NCBI GenBank assembly: GCA_039799965.1
Contig: JBDLRS010000092.1
Coordinates: 3,108-67,107, forward strand
DNA: 64,000 bases
DNA from: Pseudomonadota bacterium
Lineage (GTDB): Bacteria; Bdellovibrionota_C; UBA2361; OMII01
Direction: 5' to 3'
Shown here: piece by piece, positions 58,501 to 64,000 of the stretch
Layout: the number at the start of each line of letters is the position of its first letter
Position numbering within the stretch: position 1 is the stretch's first letter
Translations under genes and position numbers: made by a program
The notes under the pieces: generated by a model
What the model saw: only the letters and a program-made list of their open reading frames with translations
Told to the model about the DNA's origin: nothing
Database searches by the model: none

Positions 58501-58950
58501 CTTTTCGAATCTGACCTGCTCATCATAGACCTGCCTCCTAAGATCAGCTTTCATCCGACCTACATCATCGGCTTCTGTCGCGGACACCGCTGTAAGCAAT
58601 CGACAAATAGAGTCCAGTGCTCGATCGGCATCATCACTTGAGAAGGGCTCTTGGTGCGCCCACTTATTGCGCCAATCGCGCAACTCTTGCACTAGAGATC
58701 GATCAGCGCGTCCCAGAGTCTTACCAAACACCCCATTCCAAGACTCCCACATCAATTTGAGAAGAGCTGCGACATCCCAATCTGTGAGTGCCTTCTTCGC
58801 TACAGTGCGATCATCAGCAAGAACCCTTGCTGCCTCAGCTTCGCCCTTAGACGGATACACGCTGTTGAACTCGCGCACAACGTAAGGCGCAAGACCGTTT
58901 CTTAGAAGTTCCATCGCCTTGCCAACTCGATCCTGATTACTGATCGCCAT
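55579..58950 (-). CDS. DUF499 AAA+ ATPase with N-terminal Swt1-like HEPN domain
   Basis: RNKWAH (Rx4H); EFAADL, QTNFGGGKTH (Walker A), ILIDE (Walker B), YPIHPE, FQRTRGVLR. Confidence 0.9.
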   Translation of the reverse strand: MAISNQDRVGKAMELLRNGLAPYVVREFNSVYPSKGEAEAARVLADDRTVAKKALTDWDVAALLKLMWESWNGVFGKTLGRADRSLVQELRDWRNKWAHQEPFSSDDADRALDSICRLLTAVSATEADDVGRMKADLRRQVYDEQVRFEKRKAGGSLIEAAVTGSIKPWREVVTPHPDVASGRYQQAEFAADLWQVHLEEGSEEYRDPIEFFRRTYLTESLKQLLIGGARRLAGLSGDPVVQLQTNFGGGKTHSMLALYHLASKVPTSSLPGIDAVMAEAGVTSIPATKRVVLVGNKISPGNPSVKADGTVVRTLWGELAYQLGGKKAYERIRHDDERATNPGDLLRELFKEYGPCLILIDEWVAYARQLHDQSDLPGGGFETQFSFAQALTESAKLAGNCLLVISLPASDTAGSPHTNNADDVEVGGIRGREALERLRNVVGRVESSWRPASAEEGFEIVRRRLFENLSGDNFKHRDVTARAFADMYRAQKSEFPPECATSEYEARIKSAYPIHPEIFDRLYTDWSTLVKFQRTRGVLRLMAAVIHSLWDKGDRNALILPSMIPIDDPRVQFELTRYLSDQWAPIIEKDVDGPNSLPHKIDAEQSALGKLHATRRVARTIYLGSAPSTAASQRGVEDRRIKLGCVMPGETVAVFGDALRRLGSLATYLYQDGPRAWYDTQPTVTKLADDRAEQYKRDHDKVVMELEDRVRADLKTMGDFKRIHGLPESGVDVPDDTDARLVVLRAEHGYSKESGNAAEVAAKAILESRGNSPRIYRNSLVFLAADRVRLQDLEDAVRKLMAWESILDEKETLNLGPHQVKQAETQRTTAETRVKAQIPEVYQWLLVPTQNTPQESVGWKATALKGSDPLAVRASKRLKADDDLFPNIGATVLKTYLDKIPLWRGDHVPVRQLVDDFARYPYLPRLSSSEVLLKAIADGPALINWAADAFAIAESFDEATGRYKGLVTNKNVPVYAESNYLLVKPPVAVAQQAAEAAAAAAASTASTTTSAIGGIDTVVDPTVTQGGTPVASGKPGAAPVAPVPARPKRYHGTVELDATRVGRDASRIADELISHLVVQAGAKVTVTLEIEAVLPEGAGEQLVRTVTENGKSLKFASHGFEVE

Positions 58951-58970
58951 CTCTTAAATTCCTCCTCTAC

Positions 58971-61853
58971 CTAGAAAAGACTCGCCTGTGTTGTTTCGAC
59001 TATTTGATCTTGCTCTCGAGACAGCCTCGATATCTCAGGCCAGCTCTGTACTAATCCGTTGTACGCCAGCGCCTCGTTAGCTCGCTTCTTACGTTCGCAT
59101 AACGAGTAGAGTCGGTAGCAGAGATCACGGGCTGCTTCGGCTTTCGCCCCGAGGGCAGCCATGAGCTTCGCTGCTCCGGCTTCGCCTGCTGTTTCTAAGA
59201 CTCGGATTAGGTGATGTACTACCTCCCATGAGGTTAGGCGAGTGTCGGTTGCTGGGTCCCAATCAGCGGGGAGTTCATCGGGTTTCAGCAGGCGAACCTT
59301 CCCCCTACCCTGGATAAGAATTCCTGCCTCCTCTAATCCCTGGACCGCCGTGTTCTTGGCATTTGCTAGAACTGCGGCGACACCATATTCGCCCTCCTGG
59401 AATCCATATTGCTCAAACCAGGCAAGCGCCCAGCGACTATCCATATCGAAATCGCCCTCCTGTTCGACCAGCGCCTCATCGAGAGTTTGATTAATAAGCG
59501 CGAGAGCTTCACGAACGGAAATGGGCTTCCCTTCTGCATCGATTACTTTGCTATAGCGAGTAAAGACGGCCATACCTGGGCCGATGGCAGCTTGGGCTAG
59601 ATCCACGGGAGCGATATTGCCAGCCTGCAACTTCAGTAATGCACGAGGGAGCTCGGCCTTTAGGGCAGCGACCAATTCGCGGCGAGTGGCGTTCTCTGCT
59701 GATATGGGACGTTTGTTGCAGACTAGCACTATACTAGATGCGAGGGCATTGGTACCTGAGCTAATCATCCTATTTGAGAGCTCTGTTCGCATTGGCCAAG
59801 TTCCTGTAATTGAAAATCCTGCCTCGATTACAGAGGCCAAAAACGTATCCCATCCTGTATTAGTAACACCGTCTTCATCGCTCTCTGATTGCTTGAAAGC
59901 ATAGTAAATTGTCACGGGAAAACTGGGATGACTATCTTGAGCGAGCCTGCTCATGGCCTGGCTCATGCCACGAAGAAAAAACTCTTCTGCTTTCGCCTCT
60001 CCTCCATGACGATAGGGTGTCGCGACTAGTTCAGCGGATTTTGGGACCGCAAATGTCTCAAAAAGCTCGGGCAGAATTGACTTCAAGGAGCGTCTCAGCC
60101 ACACATAGAAAAAATCCGATAAATCAGCATATCCAATATTATCGTAATACGGAGGATCAGTTGATATAACCTTACACGAGGACAGGCGCTGATTTGTAGC
60201 ATCTGCTTGAGCCACAAAGGCATGTTTATGAGAGGCTCGTGCCGTTGCTTTTAAGTTTTCTGCTGTATATTTGATCGAATTAAGCCAGCAGATCGCCACA
60301 TCTCCCAACACATTAGACTCAGGAAAATCCCATGTCATCGGGAGCGCCTGTCGCTTGTAAGTCTGCATAACTTGCTCACCAGACGGCTTCCAAGTTGCAA
60401 TCGAACTATTGTAATCGGCTAAACGACTAATGGCGAATGTCAAATAAACTGCGGTCGCCTCTCCATACCCTGACGCCCCAGCGCCGCCATTCCTCAAACC
60501 CACCAAATCATCTTTCATGCCTGCTTCAATCGCATCACAGTGGATCTTCTCTCGGGCTTCACTAACTAAATCAGAGAACGTTATCAGGGCTACTAACTGG
60601 CGGCGCGTAAAGAGGTCACCGTATTTTGTCAGACCATAAAGCTGAGTTCTTATATCTCTTGGGTTATAGTTGATCTCTTGGTCGGGAAACCATGTTGGCT
60701 TAGCCTCTTTGGCAGCATTCTCCTGTTCGACGGTAGGTGCAAGATACACACGACCCCGATCCCCCTCAGCAACCACTGCCATAAGTCGAGAGCCAAAGGT
60801 TCCATTTAGCCCCTGCTCTCGAATCGCCGCCACAGGTATCGGCGTACCGGACATCAAGCATTGAAAGTTACCTCCCCGTCCAACCTTGGTCCCAACTTTC
60901 GCGGCCTCCGCATCCTTCGGCTTCCCAACCCGAACCGTAAATCGATACCCCCCATTCTCAATCACCGGCTCAACATAAGCCTCCTTTCCTGCCTTAGTAG
61001 AGAGCATAAACGTCGACGCAAGCGGCACATCAACATTCGCAAAAGCCGGGTTTGGGCTCTTCACAGTTCGTGCCCAAATCCACGCAATCACGGTGAGCTT
61101 CTGTCCCATATACTGCTTTAAATCTGGCCGCTCCTCTACCATTTCGGCTGTAATCTCAACCTTGGGATAAAGATGCCCAATTCGCTTCTCAGCCTCATCT
61201 CGCATCCACTTACCGTAGTAGCGAACATCCTCAGCGAGCCCCTCTGCGCCCTTCCATTTGCGGGCAAACATACTTTTGTCGTTTCGAGCTTCTGGATTGA
61301 CTGGTGGCATTCCGGCAAACTTAGGCGGAATCTCGATCATCGCTTTGTTGATTAAGACGGCTACGGGATTAAGATCACTGGCATAGCTCTCAAGGCCAAG
61401 CCTCTGTGCCTCAAGTGGTAGCGCCCCTCCCCCTGCAAAGGGATCATGAAACGCTGGGAGCTTGTTACGGTCGAATAGTTCGCTCGCTTGCGGGTGGTCA
61501 GCGTTATCAGCGCACGCTCTGCGCCAGCTCTGCCAAATCTCCTCTCTTGCCGCGTTTAGCACCTTCTCGTTTGTGGTGTTCTCCCACTGAACTAGGTCTT
61601 CGATAATCTTAAAGAGCCTCTTTCGCTCCTTCTGCTGAGCTTTCTCAGTAGGGAAGAGATCCGGGCATGAGGAAGGGTCGTCAACCATCTGGGAAAAGAT
61701 AACCGAACGAGCAGATGCCAACGGCCGACGAGCCCACCACAGATGTAAACCGCGAGGGTGGGCGCCGATCCCGGGCTGCTTCTCTCGCGCACTTGCCGTA
61801 TTTATCGCTTCAAGCGGCAACGCCACCTCAATTAACTTCTTTCTGGTCTTCAT
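58971..61853 (-). CDS. DUF1156-containing amino (adenine) DNA methyltransferase
   Basis: LIEVALPL, LHLWWARRPL, DPFAGGG (motif I), TDPPYY (motif IV). Confidence 0.9.
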   Translation of the reverse strand: MKTRKKLIEVALPLEAINTASAREKQPGIGAHPRGLHLWWARRPLASARSVIFSQMVDDPSSCPDLFPTEKAQQKERKRLFKIIEDLVQWENTTNEKVLNAAREEIWQSWRRACADNADHPQASELFDRNKLPAFHDPFAGGGALPLEAQRLGLESYASDLNPVAVLINKAMIEIPPKFAGMPPVNPEARNDKSMFARKWKGAEGLAEDVRYYGKWMRDEAEKRIGHLYPKVEITAEMVEERPDLKQYMGQKLTVIAWIWARTVKSPNPAFANVDVPLASTFMLSTKAGKEAYVEPVIENGGYRFTVRVGKPKDAEAAKVGTKVGRGGNFQCLMSGTPIPVAAIREQGLNGTFGSRLMAVVAEGDRGRVYLAPTVEQENAAKEAKPTWFPDQEINYNPRDIRTQLYGLTKYGDLFTRRQLVALITFSDLVSEAREKIHCDAIEAGMKDDLVGLRNGGAGASGYGEATAVYLTFAISRLADYNSSIATWKPSGEQVMQTYKRQALPMTWDFPESNVLGDVAICWLNSIKYTAENLKATARASHKHAFVAQADATNQRLSSCKVISTDPPYYDNIGYADLSDFFYVWLRRSLKSILPELFETFAVPKSAELVATPYRHGGEAKAEEFFLRGMSQAMSRLAQDSHPSFPVTIYYAFKQSESDEDGVTNTGWDTFLASVIEAGFSITGTWPMRTELSNRMISSGTNALASSIVLVCNKRPISAENATRRELVAALKAELPRALLKLQAGNIAPVDLAQAAIGPGMAVFTRYSKVIDAEGKPISVREALALINQTLDEALVEQEGDFDMDSRWALAWFEQYGFQEGEYGVAAVLANAKNTAVQGLEEAGILIQGRGKVRLLKPDELPADWDPATDTRLTSWEVVHHLIRVLETAGEAGAAKLMAALGAKAEAARDLCYRLYSLCERKKRANEALAYNGLVQSWPEISRLSREQDQIVETTQASLF

Positions 61854-61907
61854 CGTACTTCCGTGTAATCGCCTACTGCTTTATCTGCCCGCCCTATCCG
61901 ACTGCCC

Positions 61908-62204
61908 CTATTTCAAAACATCGATCCCCTTAGCGTCGATAATGTTGAGAAGTCTAAGTGCTGCGTTTTGAGGCTTCACTTTTCCTTGCTCCCACTTCTG
62001 CACAGTCGATGGGTTTACGTTCAGGAGCGCTGCGAACACCCCCTGACTAACTCGAACCTTGTCTCGGATCTGCTTTATCTGCTTAGGGCTATACATCTTT
62101 GCTTCGGGGATATCGAGCTGTTCAAGCTCGGCTACGGTAGCTTTGGTGAAGCCTAGCTCCTTGGCGGCGGTGATGAGGGTTTGGGAAAGGGTTTTTCTTT
62201 TCAT
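61908..62204 (-). CDS. HigA-like XRE antitoxin
   Basis: IK.IR....SQ.VFA.LLNV..STVQKWEQG...P..AAL.LL. Confidence 0.9.
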   Translation of the reverse strand: MKRKTLSQTLITAAKELGFTKATVAELEQLDIPEAKMYSPKQIKQIRDKVRVSQGVFAALLNVNPSTVQKWEQGKVKPQNAALRLLNIIDAKGIDVLK

Positions 62205-62272
62205 GCGACGACTCCTAGTTATTTTTCGACGCTATGCTGTTAATTACTCCGGGCTGGCATCTCTTTTGGCTC

Positions 62273-62641
62273 TCACGATTCTATCGCTATGAGCTTTCCT
62301 CGCGCTTTTAGCCTGGCCCGCTCAGCGGAAGAGAGCCTCATAAACTCACTGGCGAATAGTCGCAGCTGTTTCTCTTCATTATGCGATATGTCCGCCTGGT
62401 CGTTCTTGAGGTATCCGTAGAGAAAGAGCGTTACGTCCTTATCCTTATACAGTACGATCGCCCTTGCTCCGCCTCTCTTGCCTCGCCCATCGACTTTAAT
62501 GCGCTTCTTGTAGATATGTGCTCCTAGTCTATCTCCAAGCAGTCCACGGTTCATCTCTGAGACCACTGCTGCTAGCTCGTCGTCTGAGATGCCCTCTTTT
62601 TTTGCCCACTTGGCGAAATCTTTTAGCTTATACCTATCCAC
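62273..62641 (-). CDS. RelE/HigB-family toxin
   Basis: F.KWAKK..I.D..L, LG...YK.R....GKRGGAR, Y.Y.KN...DI. Confidence 0.9.
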   Translation of the reverse strand: MDRYKLKDFAKWAKKEGISDDELAAVVSEMNRGLLGDRLGAHIYKKRIKVDGRGKRGGARAIVLYKDKDVTLFLYGYLKNDQADISHNEEKQLRLFASEFMRLSSAERARLKARGKLIAIES

Positions 62642-62679
62642 TATAGAAACTTCCTCGCACCAAACGCTCTGTACGCATC

Positions 62680-62720
62680 GTTACTATAGCCTTGGTTACT
62701 ATAGTAACGGTTACTGTATA
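62680..62720. promoter_or_regulatory. Putative TA operator
   Basis: GTTACT(A/G)TA at 62680, 62695 and 62710 (15-bp period); the central copy forms the perfect palindrome GTTACTATAGTAAC. Confidence 0.6.
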
Positions 62721-62737
62721 CAGCAGTCAACAACAAC

Positions 62738-64000
62738 TTATGAAGGCCTCGTAGCCGACTGAATTAACTCCGCAAACTGAAAATTAACACTCGCACCGTT
62801 GAAGTCGCTGGTTACCCCTCGCCCCTCGAACGGCCTGCGCAGATAGTGAACGGCGTGGGCTCCTGCTGTCTGAAACTCAACCATGGCCAGGATGAAATCA
62901 TCGGGCTTGTTAAAGCTGTAGAGGATCTCATTCTTGGTCACGCAGATTGAATCCGCATCGGCGTCACGGCCTTTCACCTCGATGAACCGCAGGTGTCCTG
63001 TCTTAGGATCGCGGCTTTCGATGTCGTACCCCAGACGCTCAAACTCTCGATCAACTGGTTCAAAGCCTAGTTCACGCTCTATATCCATCACGATCTGTCT
63101 AGCTCTGGCAGCGGCGGCTTGGCGGTCGATAATGCGTTTGGCCTCCTCTGGGGTTCGTCCTTGCATGGCGTGAAGCAGGCCTATCGGCACAACCATCAGG
63201 CCGCCCAGCACTACTGGGGGGAGGGCGGATATCTGGGACTCTCGCTCAAGGTCGCTGAGCCGCTTCTTGAGTCGGCTCTGGAGCTCGTCTGCTCGCTTGC
63301 GGGCTTCGTTTGAATTAAGCCGAGCACCTGGCTTACCGGCATCCTCTTTGAGTTTAAGATCGGCTGCTCGGTGGTCCCAGTGATTGATCTCTTTGGTGAG
63401 CCGGTCCTTTACCGCCGCCCGGGTCTTCTCAATCCACGCTAGGCGACGTGACTTAACCTCTTTCAGGTGGTCAGGAACGACTTGAGCGATGGCATAGCCA
63501 AGGGCACTCTGCTCTAAACCACTCGTTATCCACGCGCACTCTGGGTGTTTTAGGATCTGCTCTGTTACTGGCTCACCGTCGGCAAGCGGGCGATAATCGA
63601 GGTACGGAGCGTATTGGAGGTGCCGCATAGTGCCGGCTGAGTCCATCTCGACATACATGATTCGCCTGGATATGGTGCGACGCTCTCCACTTGAAGTAAG
63701 CGATCCATCGTGAATAGCGTGCTCGATGCTAAAGAGAACTCGCGGCGAAGTTCCGAAATCACGTTCATCTACCAGCACCGTACCTCGACGGAGTAGTTCC
63801 CGATGTCGCTCGAGGGTCAGGTCGAGTGTTGAGTTTAAGAGTGGGTGGCCCGGACAGAGAAACGCTGCTCGTGGTTGCCCGGCAGGCGATATGAGCCCCT
63901 TCTCAAAGGTGACTCGCTCATACTTAGGTGAAACAGGCTCGCCCATTCCGATCTGTCTATCGCGCTGACGAATAGATGCCGGCACATTAGTTATCTCAAA
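62738..64000 (-). CDS. C-terminal part of a SNF2-type helicase with DUF3883 nuclease-like domain (5' end outside the window)
   Basis: Frame open to base 64000; GHPL, V..RL.KEI..WD, GYDIES....RFIEVKG...T.NE. Helicase motifs themselves are not visible and are inferred from operon context. Confidence 0.8.
   Translation of the reverse strand, partial: FEITNVPASIRQRDRQIGMGEPVSPKYERVTFEKGLISPAGQPRAAFLCPGHPLLNSTLDLTLERHRELLRRGTVLVDERDFGTSPRVLFSIEHAIHDGSLTSSGERRTISRRIMYVEMDSAGTMRHLQYAPYLDYRPLADGEPVTEQILKHPECAWITSGLEQSALGYAIAQVVPDHLKEVKSRRLAWIEKTRAAVKDRLTKEINHWDHRAADLKLKEDAGKPGARLNSNEARKRADELQSRLKKRLSDLERESQISALPPVVLGGLMVVPIGLLHAMQGRTPEEAKRIIDRQAAAARARQIVMDIERELGFEPVDREFERLGYDIESRDPKTGHLRFIEVKGRDADADSICVTKNEILYSFNKPDDFILAMVEFQTAGAHAVHYLRRPFEGRGVTSDFNGASVNFQFAELIQSATRPS

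Larger units (their letters stand above)
47649..64000. mobile_element. tRNA-Asp-associated genomic island, phage-satellite/PICI-like, with defence cargo (continues past the window)
   Basis: Abrupt switch from housekeeping genes to TA, Xis, integrase, AlpA, primase-helicase and defence genes; no virion genes; right att site not visible. Confidence 0.8.

Noticed and set aside
47649-64000. Complete prophage or canonical BREX system
   Set aside because: No virion, terminase or lysis genes and no pglZ/brxL within the window.

Overview
Bacterial chromosomal DNA of moderately high GC. The gene content (FliA-linked non-flagellar T3SS parts, Tad tip pilins, HDOD protein, FlgO-like lipoproteins) suggests a Gram-negative, deltaproteobacteria-like lineage such as Bdellovibrionota or Myxococcota relatives; this is inference only. 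Bases 1-47650 are core genome. They begin with a gene missing from the ORF track, which I translated by hand as a response-regulator receiver fused in-frame to LpxC and which lies divergent from an HDOD protein and a PAS histidine kinase. Further along are a reduced T3SS-like operon led by a FliA/WhiG-type sigma factor, heme genes (hemA/B/C/D/E, ccsA-like), bioB, queF, msrAB, ileS, serS, leuS, an orphan Tad tip-pilin triplet, a subtilase, two MITE-like elements and three tRNAs. From tRNA-Asp (47572-47648) to the right edge lies an integrated phage-satellite-like island (repressor, Xis, tyrosine integrase, AlpA, primase-helicase, ori-like repeats). It carries a DUF499 ATPase / DUF1156 methylase / DUF3883 helicase defence operon with PIN, HEPN-like and toxin-antitoxin cargo. 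The most notable observations are the REC-LpxC fusion, the T3SS-like module, the island defence operon, and a lower-GC, motif-altered editing domain inside leuS. All calls come from motif recognition by eye; no database searches were run.
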